Of a DNA stretch of 64,000 bases, positions 1 through 9,241 are shown one piece after another. A program made the translations under genes and the position numbers. This DNA is from Candidatus Bilamarchaeaceae archaeon (lineage in GTDB: Archaea; Micrarchaeota; Micrarchaeia; Anstonellales; Bilamarchaeaceae). The DNA is taken from the NCBI GenBank assembly GCA_038870635.1, contig JAVZJR010000001.1, positions 90,133 to 154,132 of the forward strand, written 5' to 3'. Position 1 is the first letter of the stretch, and every line of letters starts with the position of its first letter. The notes beneath the pieces are model-generated. The model did no database searches. It saw nothing but the letters and a program-made list of their open reading frames with translations, and was not told the DNA's origin.

Positions 1-157
1 CGGAAATTTTAAAAATATTGCTCTAATATTTGCTTTAGATAAATTTATAAATGTTTCTTTAAACCGTAATTTTTTTATATCCGCTTTTGCGTGAAGATAA
101 TATTATAAATTATATCGTCGATATATCGGCGTCGCGTTGCGACTTGAAGGTGGAAAT

Positions 158-379
158 ATGGCAAAAAGAGAAAAAGTAACAAATGAAAAAATTGAAAGAG
201 AGGAGGGGTACCTTTATTATATAGGAAAAGATGGCTATGTTTGGGCTGCACCAATGAAGCACAATAAAGGTGGAAGAAAGAAAAAAGTAGGAAATGAAAA
301 GATAACAAAAGAAGCAGGTTATATGTACTTCGTTGGTACAGACGGATATGTTTATAAGGTAAAGATGAAGAATGCGTAA
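158..379 (+). CDS. Small basic protein (73 aa) with an internal tandem duplication; function unknown
   Basis: ATG at 158 after AAGGTGG SD; two copies of KV.NEKI..E.GY.Y..G.DGYV; T-rich tract after the stop. Confidence 0.8.
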   Translation: MAKREKVTNEKIEREEGYLYYIGKDGYVWAAPMKHNKGGRKKKVGNEKITKEAGYMYFVGTDGYVYKVKMKNA

Positions 380-479
380 CTCCTCTCTTTTTTTCTTTTT
401 TTATTTTTTGTTTAAAATTTTAGATTGAATTCCCTTTTTTAATATTTCTAATATATAATAAACAAAACTAGGTGGTTTA

Positions 480-875
480 ATGCAATTGATAATCTCGGAC
501 CCAAAAACAGGTAAAAGCTATAAAGTAGATATCCCAAAGGATAAAGAAATAGAAATTATAGGAAAAAAGATAGGTGATGAAGTAGAATTAGGATTTTTAG
601 GTGCGCCAGGTTACAAAATAGAGCTTACGGGCGGAAGCGATGGAAGCGGCTTTCCAATGAGAAAGGACATACGAGGAACAGGAAGAAAAAGTACTCTTCT
701 TACAAAAGGTGTTGGTTTCCGAGCAAAAGAGAAGGGGAAAAGAGTAAGAAAAACAGTAAGAGGGAACACTTTCTCTTCCGAGATTGTGCAAGTTAATAGT
801 AAAGTAAAAGAATATGGCGCCACGCCGCTTGAAGAAATATTTAAGATGCCTGAAAAGAAAGAAGAGAAAAAGTAG
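480..875 (+). CDS. rps6e: 30S ribosomal protein S6e
   Basis: ISDPKTGKS N-terminus, LTGGSDGSGFPMR, RKTVRGN motifs; adjacent to eIF2-gamma. Confidence 0.96.
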   Translation: MQLIISDPKTGKSYKVDIPKDKEIEIIGKKIGDEVELGFLGAPGYKIELTGGSDGSGFPMRKDIRGTGRKSTLLTKGVGFRAKEKGKRVRKTVRGNTFSSEIVQVNSKVKEYGATPLEEIFKMPEKKEEKK

Positions 876-884
876 GTGAATTAA

Positions 885-2075
885 TTGCAGGCGGAAGTTA
901 ACATCGGTCTTTTAGGTCATGTCGATCATGGAAAAACAACACTTACAAAAGCATTAACTGGTAAATGGACAGATACACACAGTGAAGAGATAAAACGGGG
1001 GATATCGATACGACTTGGCTATGCCGATGCAGTAGTCCGCCACTGTAAAAAATGTAATAGAATAACACTAAAAGAAGAATGCCCAGTATGTAAAGAAAAG
1101 ACCGATATTAAAAGAAAGATATCATTTGTTGATGCGCCCGGGCACGAAACATTGATGGCCACTGTTATTGCCGCTGCTAGCATCTTAGATGGAGCGTTAT
1201 TCTTAATCGCAGCAAATGAACCTTGTCCACAACCGCAAACAGTTGAACATATGATAGTGCTCAACGCTCTTGGGATAAAAAATATAATAATAGTACAAAC
1301 AAAAATAGATTTAGTAAGCAAAGAAAAAGCCTTAGAGAATTATAGACAGATAAAAGAATTTCTTAAAGGAACGATAGCAGAGAACGCACCTGTAATACCA
1401 GTGGCTGCTAATGTCGGCTTAAACATAGATGAATTAGTAGCTGAAATAGAAAAAAATATACCTACACCAAAAAGAGATGAAAACGCACCACTACGTGCTT
1501 ACATCTCGCGTTCATTTGATGTAAATCTACCAGGCACAGAGATAACAAAATTAAAAGGAGGAGTAGTCGGTGGGTCAATAGTAAGCGGTGTTCTTAAGGA
1601 AGGAGAAAAAATAGACATAAGCCCAGGCATTCAAAGAAAAGAGAATTTGCCATTTGAAAAGATAACTACCACTGCGAGAAGTATAAGAGAAGAAAATGAA
1701 AAGTTAGAGATTGCAAAACCAGGAGGATTGATAGCAGTAGCAACAGATATCGATCCCGCGTTTACTAAATCTGACGGGCTAGTTGGCAATATAATAACCA
1801 AAGCAGGCGAGGCAATTCCTGCGAAAAACGAGATTGAGGTAAGCTATACCTTACTCAATAGACCAGATATGGAGGTACAACCGCTCAAAGAAAACGAACC
1901 TGTTGTTGTTAACGTACATACATATACAGGTATAGGAATAATAAAAAACTTAAAAAAAGGAATAGCGCTTATTCAATTAAAAAGACCTGTTGTGATATAC
2001 CCTGATATGTATATCGCATTGAGTAGGAAAGTTGGCCAAAGATGGCGTCTTTGCGCTCTTGGAAAAATGAAATGA
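885..2075 (+). CDS. eif2g: Translation initiation factor 2 gamma subunit
   Basis: GHVDHGKTTL, RGISIRLGY, Zn-knuckle CKKC...CPVC, DAPGHE, QTKID; TTG start after AGGTGA. Confidence 0.97.
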   Translation: MQAEVNIGLLGHVDHGKTTLTKALTGKWTDTHSEEIKRGISIRLGYADAVVRHCKKCNRITLKEECPVCKEKTDIKRKISFVDAPGHETLMATVIAAASILDGALFLIAANEPCPQPQTVEHMIVLNALGIKNIIIVQTKIDLVSKEKALENYRQIKEFLKGTIAENAPVIPVAANVGLNIDELVAEIEKNIPTPKRDENAPLRAYISRSFDVNLPGTEITKLKGGVVGGSIVSGVLKEGEKIDISPGIQRKENLPFEKITTTARSIREENEKLEIAKPGGLIAVATDIDPAFTKSDGLVGNIITKAGEAIPAKNEIEVSYTLLNRPDMEVQPLKENEPVVVNVHTYTGIGIIKNLKKGIALIQLKRPVVIYPDMYIALSRKVGQRWRLCALGKMK

Positions 2076-2083
2076 TATTAAGT

Positions 2084-2167
2084 GCTGGGGTCGCCTAGTC
2101 CGGTAGGGCGGCAGGTTGCTAACCTGTTGCGCGTAAGCGTTCGGGAGTTCAAATCTCCCCCCTAGCG
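2084..2167 (+). tRNA. tRNA-Ser(GCT), intronless, CCA not encoded
   Basis: Acceptor GCTGGGG/CCCTAGC, discriminator G, anticodon arm GCAGG-TT-GCT-AA-CCTGT, long variable arm GCGC-GTAA-GCGT, T arm GGGAG-TTCAAAT-CTCCC, followed by a T run. Confidence 0.96.
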
Positions 2168-2233
2168 CTTTTTTAACTTCTGCATCTAAACAACTTAAAA
2201 GCTTTATTGATTAGAGAATAAAAGGGGAATAAA

Positions 2234-2827
2234 ATGAAAAATAAAATAATTGGAATTCTGGTGATAATTGCAGGTTTGTTAAATGCAGCACTTGTCGTTT
2301 CAGGTGATGCAGGGATATCTTTTGCTAAAAACAAATCAACAGAGATGTGCAATGATCCGCGCGTGTCTGAAGTATTCATCTGCTCAGGCAATGTAGTAAA
2401 AGTCGTCTGGGCGGATATTGGAAAGGGCTCAACTTTCTTTGTGCCAGATGGCAGAGTAGTTGATTGTATCACGCTTGAACCAGGAAAAACTAGTGCTGCA
2501 TGTGTTCAATTCTCTATACCGAATTATTGTACGCAAAAAGTAGAATGCTCCAAGGAAGAGAAAAAGGCAACCGAAGAAAAGGAAAAGGTAACAATAATAG
2601 AAGAAACAAAAAATGAAAGTAAAAAAATAGAAGAAAGTATAGAAAATAAAACAACACCGCCAAAAAAAGAGAACCAAACCATAGTAATACCTTTTGATAG
2701 AACAGCTGAAAAAAATAAAGAAGAGAGTAGTAATTTCCTTACACCAATCACGATTGCAGTAGTAGCGATGATTGCGGTTCTTCTAGCGCTTTATTATATA
2801 TTCAAAAAAACAGTGATAAAAAATTAG
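2234..2827 (+). CDS. Hypothetical surface protein: signal peptide, Cys-rich domain, K/E-rich linker, C-terminal TM anchor
   Basis: Hydrophobic N-terminus, six Cys, N-x-S/T sequons in the linker, C-terminal hydrophobic helix plus basic tail. Confidence 0.75.
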   Translation: MKNKIIGILVIIAGLLNAALVVSGDAGISFAKNKSTEMCNDPRVSEVFICSGNVVKVVWADIGKGSTFFVPDGRVVDCITLEPGKTSAACVQFSIPNYCTQKVECSKEEKKATEEKEKVTIIEETKNESKKIEESIENKTTPPKKENQTIVIPFDRTAEKNKEESSNFLTPITIAVVAMIAVLLALYYIFKKTVIKN

Positions 2828-3262
2828 TCACAATTTTCCAACTGCGTGACCACGTATTAAGAGATGTTTTATTTTTTCCTTCTCATCTTCATTTTTAATC
2901 ATCAAATCTATTTGTTTTAAACGATTAGCGTAATGATGGTATGCTTTAATAGCAGCAGCATAAGCATCCCTTACATGAGAGTCAGCGATACCCTTACTAA
3001 CTCTCTTTTTATCTTTAACTAAAAGAGATTTTTTTGGTTCAAAAAGAGGTGCTGCGAAACGAGCGGCTATTTTTTTAACAAAAAAAGGCGCGGGCGATAC
3101 ATCGGTAGCGATAACTGAAGGCGTCCCAAAAGACGATATTATACGCACAAGGTCGTCATAGCCCACTTCTTTGACAACACCAAAAGCAATTAGCTCTCCT
3201 CTTAAATTAAGTATTGCATAACCTGTTTTTATACCTGCATCAACTCCGACTATTAGGTACAA
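2828..3262 (-). CDS. DUF460-like RNase H-fold protein
   Basis: LIVGVDAGIKTGYAIL, IATDVSPAP and H.RDA.AAA motifs. Confidence 0.75.
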   Translation of the reverse strand: MYLIVGVDAGIKTGYAILNLRGELIAFGVVKEVGYDDLVRIISSFGTPSVIATDVSPAPFFVKKIAARFAAPLFEPKKSLLVKDKKRVSKGIADSHVRDAYAAAIKAYHHYANRLKQIDLMIKNEDEKEKIKHLLIRGHAVGKL

Positions 3263-4525
3263 TTAATCACTTTGCTTTTTTCCTAATTCGCTTATCTTTC
3301 TAAAACCTAACTGCTGCTGCACAAAAACATATAATCCACTTGGCACATTTCTGTTGACGACAACACCAGAGTGTATCCAGCAATTAGGTCCGATAAGTTT
3401 TCCTGGCATAACAGAAGCTAACACGCCAAACTTAACATTATCGCCAACTATAGCACCGAGTTTTCTTCTGCCACTATTAACCCAACCACGCTCAGTGGAA
3501 ACATTGACATTTCCCTCATCAAAACGAAAATTGGCAAGTTGAGTTCCTGCTCCAAAATTAACATTTCTACCAATGACACTATCACCTATATATGCAAGAT
3601 GCTTCGCGTCTACTTCATCAAAAATAACACTTTCTTTTACTGTAACAGATTCACCAATGCAACAGTTATCCCCTATTGAAGTAGGGCCACGAATATATGC
3701 ATTTGGGCCTATAATGGTATTTTTTCCGATATAAACATCTCCCTCAACATAACTGTTTATTATTCTCGCACCTTCTTCCATAATTACTTTACCAATTATA
3801 GTAGAGTTTTGTATGTCGCCTGCTTTTGGTTCCAACCTGGCCAGCATCTCCTTGTTAGCCTCAAGAAGATCCCAAGGATAACCAACATCCCACCAATAAC
3901 CTTCAACTTCAATTGCTTTTGCACCTACAAGTATATCAGTAATTTCGTACTCACCTCGGGATGAGGGCTTGATATCATTTAACCTCTCAAAAACAGATGG
4001 CTCCATGCAATATATGGAAAGATTCGCAAGATTGCTTCGTGGATTTTTTGGTTTCTCTTCTATATAACTTATTCTTCCATCCACAACATCTACAATGCCA
4101 TATTTCTCAGGTTTATCTACTTTTTTTAGAGCCACTGTTATGTTGTTGCCCCCTGCCTTATGCGTTTCTAAAAGTTTTTTTATTATAGAGGAATCAAAAA
4201 GAAGATCGCCTGCGACAACTATAAAAGTATCATCTACTTTACCTTCGGCCGAAAGCAACGCTGCGGCAGTCCCATTTTCTTTTCCCTGTTCTACAACAAA
4301 CAAACGAAAACCAAACTGTTGCTGAAGAGAAGAAACATAAGCAATTATTTGTTCTTTTTTCTCGCGAACAACAAAAACAAATTCATTGACCCCTGCTGCC
4401 ATAAGCTCTTTTATCTGATGATAGGTTATTGGCTTTCCTGCTACTGGAAGTAAACATTTAGGGCGTGTTTCTGTAAGCGGCCACATTCTTACGCCATTAC
4501 CCGCCGCCATTATTATAGCTTTCAT
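3263..4525 (-). CDS. glmU: Bifunctional sugar-1-phosphate nucleotidyltransferase/acetyltransferase (archaeal GlmU-like)
   Basis: MKAIIMAAGNGVRMWPLT..RPK, EEKP, C-terminal hexapeptide repeats. Start moved to ATG 4525 (GGTGGG SD; TTATAAAT promoter just upstream). Confidence 0.88.
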   Translation of the reverse strand: MKAIIMAAGNGVRMWPLTETRPKCLLPVAGKPITYHQIKELMAAGVNEFVFVVREKKEQIIAYVSSLQQQFGFRLFVVEQGKENGTAAALLSAEGKVDDTFIVVAGDLLFDSSIIKKLLETHKAGGNNITVALKKVDKPEKYGIVDVVDGRISYIEEKPKNPRSNLANLSIYCMEPSVFERLNDIKPSSRGEYEITDILVGAKAIEVEGYWWDVGYPWDLLEANKEMLARLEPKAGDIQNSTIIGKVIMEEGARIINSYVEGDVYIGKNTIIGPNAYIRGPTSIGDNCCIGESVTVKESVIFDEVDAKHLAYIGDSVIGRNVNFGAGTQLANFRFDEGNVNVSTERGWVNSGRRKLGAIVGDNVKFGVLASVMPGKLIGPNCWIHSGVVVNRNVPSGLYVFVQQQLGFRKISELGKKQSD

Positions 4526-4577
4526 TCTCCCACCAAAAAAACTATTTGCAAGAAGTGATTTATAATAATTTGCAACA

Positions 4578-5663
4578 CTACCTGTTAAAATATATAAGCT
4601 CGTAAAGCTTTTCTCTATCAAGCTTATCTAAAAATTCTTTTTTTATTTTAATAAACGTTTCATTATCTAATGGTGTTTTTTCTTTTTTAGAATCTGCAGA
4701 TTGGCGAAGAGATTTTGCTCTTATTTGTATATTTTCCTTTGAGGCAGGAGGTTGTCCTGGTCCGCCCACGCAACCAAAAGGACACATCATAATTTCAACT
4801 AGATGGTAGGTTTGGCCAGCTTTAATTTCCTCGTATAGCTTTTCAAAATTAGGCAGACCGTGTACTATCGCTATATTTAGAATATGTTTTCCTATCTTCA
4901 CTGTTTTTTTTCTTATTTCACCATTATCCCTAAAATCAGTTATCTCGATTTTCTCCCCATACATTTGGGCGAGGGTAGTAATTATTGCTTCTGTAACGCC
5001 TCCGGTAGCTCCAAAAACCACTCCATCTTTTGAGCTATTCGGCATAAAAGAGGAAAATTTATCTTCTGGCAAGCTGTTAAAATCTATTCCTTTTTTCTTT
5101 GCCCATTGCGCAAGTTCTACAGTAGTAACAACATAATCAACATATCGATTACCATTCCTCATAACTTCTAGTGTTTCATATTTTTTAAGAGCACATGGCA
5201 TTACACCAACTATTATTATGTCTTCTGGTTTTCTATTCAATTTCTCCGCAAAATAATACTTTGCCACTGCCCCTATTGTCATTTGTGGTGATGCAACAAT
5301 AGTTATATTACCTAAAAGTTCTGGATGCATCTTTCCCGCATACATTCGCCAGCCGATGCAACAGGAATTAAAAATCGGAAATTTTCCTCCTCCATTGTCT
5401 AATCTTTCCTTTAAATCTTCGGCTTCATAATAAGTACTTATATCTGCACCAAGTGGGGTATCCACCACTTCTTGAAAACCGAGTTTTTTTAGCAGTGTTA
5501 TCGCCTTTCCTTCCACGTTTGTGCCCACTGGAAAGCCAAACAACTCCCCTAATGCAACTCTAACAGCAGGAGCAAGTTCTGCTATCACAATCTTTCCGCT
5601 CTTCATTTCATTTTCTATTTTTTCAAAAAGTGCATCACCATAAATAATTCTGTCATTGGCCAT
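4578..5663 (-). CDS. hydA: Minimal [FeFe]-hydrogenase (H-domain only, group A-like)
   Basis: APAVR, L1 NSCCIGW, L2 MPCALKKYE, FGATGGV, L3 EIMMCPFGCVGGPGQP; no N-terminal ferredoxin domains. Confidence 0.9.
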   Translation of the reverse strand: MANDRIIYGDALFEKIENEMKSGKIVIAELAPAVRVALGELFGFPVGTNVEGKAITLLKKLGFQEVVDTPLGADISTYYEAEDLKERLDNGGGKFPIFNSCCIGWRMYAGKMHPELLGNITIVASPQMTIGAVAKYYFAEKLNRKPEDIIIVGVMPCALKKYETLEVMRNGNRYVDYVVTTVELAQWAKKKGIDFNSLPEDKFSSFMPNSSKDGVVFGATGGVTEAIITTLAQMYGEKIEITDFRDNGEIRKKTVKIGKHILNIAIVHGLPNFEKLYEEIKAGQTYHLVEIMMCPFGCVGGPGQPPASKENIQIRAKSLRQSADSKKEKTPLDNETFIKIKKEFLDKLDREKLYELIYFNR

Positions 5664-6541
5664 TACATCTTCCTCAATCTTGTGATTCTTTCATCTATTG
5701 GTGGGTGAGTAGAAAATAATCCCGCCGCTTTTTTGAATGGATCAGCGATAAAAAGAGACGCAGTAGTCTCGTTTGCAGCTTGCATTTTATATGGATAAGC
5801 TTTTATTTTTTCAAGTGCTCGCGCAAGCCCTTCTGGATAACGAGTAAGCTTTGCTGCATTTGCGTCTGCTAAGTACTCTCTTTCACGCGATATCGCCATC
5901 CTAATAAAAAAAGCAATGAGTGGCGCGATTATCATGAAAATAAGGCCCAAAATCAGTAGAAAACCGCTGCCTTTTTTATTATCTCTCCCCCTGCCCCAAA
6001 AGAAAGTTCTTAAGAAAATTTCAGAGATAAGACCGATTGCGCCAACAAGAGCAACTGTGAGCATCATAAAACGAATATCATAGTTTGCTATATGCGAGAT
6101 TTCATGCGCGAGGACACCTGCAAGTTCTTCTTTTTTCATGCTATCCAACAAACCAGTTGTTACTGCGATTGCAGAATGTTGCGGATCTCTTCCAGTTGCA
6201 AAAGCATTTGGAAAAGGGTCGTTTATTATATATATCTTTGGAGTCGGTATTCCTGCGGCCATTGCAAGACCTTCCACAACATTATAGATATATGGATTAT
6301 CTTGGTGTTTTAGCTCTTTAGCACCACTTAGTGCAAGAATAACTTTATCACCTGCGTAATATGCTCCAAGGATATAAATTATAAGAATTATAAAACCAAA
6401 AACATAACCACAAATCCCATAATCTAACACTTCGGATATTATATATATTAGGATTAAAAAAATAAGAACAACAGCAAAAATAAGAAGAAGGGAATTTCTT
6501 TTGTTTTGCTCGATTGCATCAAAAAAACTTACTTTTTCCAT
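5663..6541 (-). CDS. htpX: HtpX / M48 zinc metalloprotease
   Basis: PNAFATG, HEISH, SREREYLAD, FSTHPP; TM helices. Confidence 0.95.
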   Translation of the reverse strand: MEKVSFFDAIEQNKRNSLLLIFAVVLIFLILIYIISEVLDYGICGYVFGFIILIIYILGAYYAGDKVILALSGAKELKHQDNPYIYNVVEGLAMAAGIPTPKIYIINDPFPNAFATGRDPQHSAIAVTTGLLDSMKKEELAGVLAHEISHIANYDIRFMMLTVALVGAIGLISEIFLRTFFWGRGRDNKKGSGFLLILGLIFMIIAPLIAFFIRMAISREREYLADANAAKLTRYPEGLARALEKIKAYPYKMQAANETTASLFIADPFKKAAGLFSTHPPIDERITRLRKM

Positions 6542-6558
6542 TTTAGAAAATCACCGTT

Positions 6559-7143
6559 TTAATCAAATTTTACCTTTACTGCTTCTTTTTCTGTTGCAGC
6601 TGCTTCAAACAATGGTTCATGCTTAAAACCAAAGATACTAGCAATTATGTTGCTTGGGAAAACATCACATGCTGTATTAAATTCATATACTGCGTCATTG
6701 TACGCTGTCCTTATATAAGATATTTTATCTTCTGTACCTGTAATTTCATCTTGCAATTTTTGGAAATTTTCGCTTGCGCGAAGTTGGGGATAATTCTCTG
6801 CAACCGCAAAAATAGATTTTAATGTAGCAGAGAGTACATTGTTAGCCTTTGCTCTTTCTTCAACATTCCCACTTATGAGTTGTGCGCGTAATTTCGTGAT
6901 TTCCGTTAGAGTTGCTCTTTCGTGTTTCATATAACCCTTTACGGTTTCTACAAGATTCGGTATGAGGTCGTATCTTCTTTTAAGTTGGACGTCAATTTGC
7001 GCCCAAGCGTTTTTTACTCTATTTCTTAGGGTTATCAAACGATTATAAACCATTACAACATATGCAAGAATTACAACTAACAAAGCACCAATACATAAAA
7101 CAGCTGTACTAGCCAGACCCAATCCAAATAATTCAAAAGCCAT
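6559..7143 (-). CDS. lemA: LemA family protein
   Basis: NAWAQIDVQLKRRYDLIPNLV, AENYPQLRA, FPSNIIA; likely ATG at 7143. Confidence 0.95.
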   Translation of the reverse strand: MAFELFGLGLASTAVLCIGALLVVILAYVVMVYNRLITLRNRVKNAWAQIDVQLKRRYDLIPNLVETVKGYMKHERATLTEITKLRAQLISGNVEERAKANNVLSATLKSIFAVAENYPQLRASENFQKLQDEITGTEDKISYIRTAYNDAVYEFNTACDVFPSNIIASIFGFKHEPLFEAAATEKEAVKVKFD

Positions 7144-7194
7144 ATCCACCACCAGCAATATAATAACAAATAGTTTAATTAATACATAATATAA

Positions 7195-7515
7195 TTATTC
7201 TATTGAAGAACTACAAAATTTGCAGATTGATACGTATTTTTCGTATTCATTAGCGCACACAGGGCAAACATAAATAAAGCGTACAGATTTTTCAGAAGCA
7301 AGATTGTAACCGCACTTTGTGCATCTCCCATTATCAAGTTCGTTTAAAGAACCACATTTAGGGCATTTTCGTGCTATGATGTTATGTAGATTAAACCCAC
7401 ATTTAGCGCACCTTTCTGATGAGCTTTCACATTCCGCTCCGCACTTGGGACAGGAAAAGTAATATATCGCTTTCTTTGGACCAAAGATACTACTCAAAAA
7501 ATCAAAAAAACCCAT
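7195..7515 (-). CDS. Multi zinc-ribbon protein (six CxxC)
   Basis: CPKC/CAKC, CPKC/CTKC and CPVC/CKFC pairs in 106 aa. Confidence 0.8.
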   Translation of the reverse strand: MGFFDFLSSIFGPKKAIYYFSCPKCGAECESSSERCAKCGFNLHNIIARKCPKCGSLNELDNGRCTKCGYNLASEKSVRFIYVCPVCANEYEKYVSICKFCSSSIE

Positions 7516-7582
7516 AAAGACATTTTGTACTTAAAATTTAAATTCTTTCCTATGATAATGTTAGCAAAAAAAGGTGCTAATT

Positions 7583-8557
7583 ATGGCTGATGACAAAGAA
7601 GAGGATTATTTGCCTTGGACAGAAAAATACAGACCAAAAAAACTTTCAGAAGTTGTTGGTCAGAAAGAAACTGTAGAAACATTAAAGGCTTATGTAAAAG
7701 CAGGAAATATGCCTAACATGCTTTTTTCAGGACCGCCAGGTGTTGGCAAAACAACATGTGCACTTGCGTTGGCGCATGAGATATATGGAAAAGACATAAG
7801 CGGGAATTTTTTAGAGCTCAACGCAAGCGATGAGAGGGGGATAGATGTTGTACGTGGTAGAATAAAAGATTTTGCACGCAGCGTTTCACTCGGTGGCGTG
7901 CCATTTAAGATAATATTTTTAGATGAAGGTGATGCGCTTACCGCTGATGCGCAACAAGCACTCAGAAGAACAATGGAAAGCTATTCAAAAGTAACTCGTT
8001 TCATCATATCTGCTAATTATTCATCAAAGATAATTGAGCCCTTGCAAAGCCGTTGTGCGATATTTAGATTTTTGCCTATTGAGGAAAAAGATGTTAAAAA
8101 AGCACTTGAGCATATCGCAAAAGAAGAAAAACTTAAAGTGGATGAAGAAGCGCTTTCAGCTATATATTATGTTTCAGAAGGAGATATGAGAAAAGCAATA
8201 AACATATTGCAAGGCGCAGCGATGCATTCCAACCATATAACAGCAGAACTTGTCCATAAGATAAGCAGCAGGGCAAAACCAAAAGAGATAAGGGAAATGG
8301 TAGACCTTGCGCTTAAGGGAGACTTTAAAGGAGCGCGGGAAAGATTAGATAAACTTATAATAGAATACGGTTTAAGTGGAGAAGACGTGATATTCCAAAT
8401 ATACAGAGAAATACCATCACTTGAAGTATCAGAAGAGAAAAAAGTGCTTCTCATTGACAGAATTGGAGAATACAATTTCAGGTTGGTGCAAGGCGCAAAC
8501 GAAAGAATACAAATAGAAGCTTTGTTAGCGCACTTTACTGCTATAGGTAAAAGGTAA
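7583..8557 (+). CDS. rfcS: Replication factor C small subunit (no intein)
   Basis: PWTEKYRP, GPPGVGKT, LELNASDERGIDVVR, QQALRRTME, SRC; ATG 7583 after AAGGTG. Confidence 0.97.
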   Translation: MADDKEEDYLPWTEKYRPKKLSEVVGQKETVETLKAYVKAGNMPNMLFSGPPGVGKTTCALALAHEIYGKDISGNFLELNASDERGIDVVRGRIKDFARSVSLGGVPFKIIFLDEGDALTADAQQALRRTMESYSKVTRFIISANYSSKIIEPLQSRCAIFRFLPIEEKDVKKALEHIAKEEKLKVDEEALSAIYYVSEGDMRKAINILQGAAMHSNHITAELVHKISSRAKPKEIREMVDLALKGDFKGARERLDKLIIEYGLSGEDVIFQIYREIPSLEVSEEKKVLLIDRIGEYNFRLVQGANERIQIEALLAHFTAIGKR

Positions 8558-8563
8558 TATAAA

Positions 8564-9241
8564 ATGAGTAGAATAATTTTATTTTTGATTATTTTTTTAG
8601 GTATTTTAAATGCTATTCAAATACCAATATACGAAGAAAAAGAAACCGGTGCGACAGGTACGGCGCACTTTAGTATTAAAGTATATTATGATTGCGAAAA
8701 AATGATAACAATTGAGGTAGCCGACGAAGCAACAAACCAGCCAATACAAAATGCTCAAATTTTTGTTTTTTATGAAGAAAGATATACGTCTTTGCTTGGA
8801 AGTGGAAAAACAAACAACGAAGGGATATATAACTACTCTCTTATAGGAAACCCGCAAAACATGAAAAATTTATTCCTCATAACTTTTGAAAAAAGTGGCT
8901 ATAGAACAAAAGAAGTGCACTTTTTCATTCCTCAATACTGCGTGGAAATAAAGAAAGAAGAAAATGGCGCCAACGATTCGGTAACAAATAAAAAGAACGA
9001 TACAATAGATGACAAAACTACGCCTTCTGTCAATGAGCAAAAAAGTAAAAACGAGGAGAACGCTTCGATAAGAAATAACAATCAGACAAGCCAAAACATT
9101 GAAGAAACGAAAAAAGAAAAAAATGATGAAAACCAAATTGAAGAAAGTAAAAAACAATTTTGTTGTATAAGCGGGATAGTGTCGCTACTGACTTTTGCTT
9201 TTTTGCTCATCCAAAATCGCAAGCGCTCCAACCACATTTAG
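8564..9241 (+). CDS. Hypothetical surface protein with Ig/prealbumin-like domain and Cys-Cys-led C-terminal anchor
   Basis: Signal peptide, GKTNNEG.Y and K.GY beta-sandwich signatures, N/K/E linker, FCCISG-TM-RKR tail. Confidence 0.7.
   Translation: MSRIILFLIIFLGILNAIQIPIYEEKETGATGTAHFSIKVYYDCEKMITIEVADEATNQPIQNAQIFVFYEERYTSLLGSGKTNNEGIYNYSLIGNPQNMKNLFLITFEKSGYRTKEVHFFIPQYCVEIKKEENGANDSVTNKKNDTIDDKTTPSVNEQKSKNEENASIRNNNQTSQNIEETKKEKNDENQIEESKKQFCCISGIVSLLTFAFLLIQNRKRSNHI

Noticed and set aside
158..379. Calling the small basic protein crenarchaeal chromatin protein Cc1, Cren7 or Alba
   Set aside because: Size and charge are similar, but I cannot match its repeat to those families' motifs
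4526..4621. Track start of GlmU overlapping hydA
   Set aside because: Homology starts at MKAII (4525) with its own SD and TATA-like box
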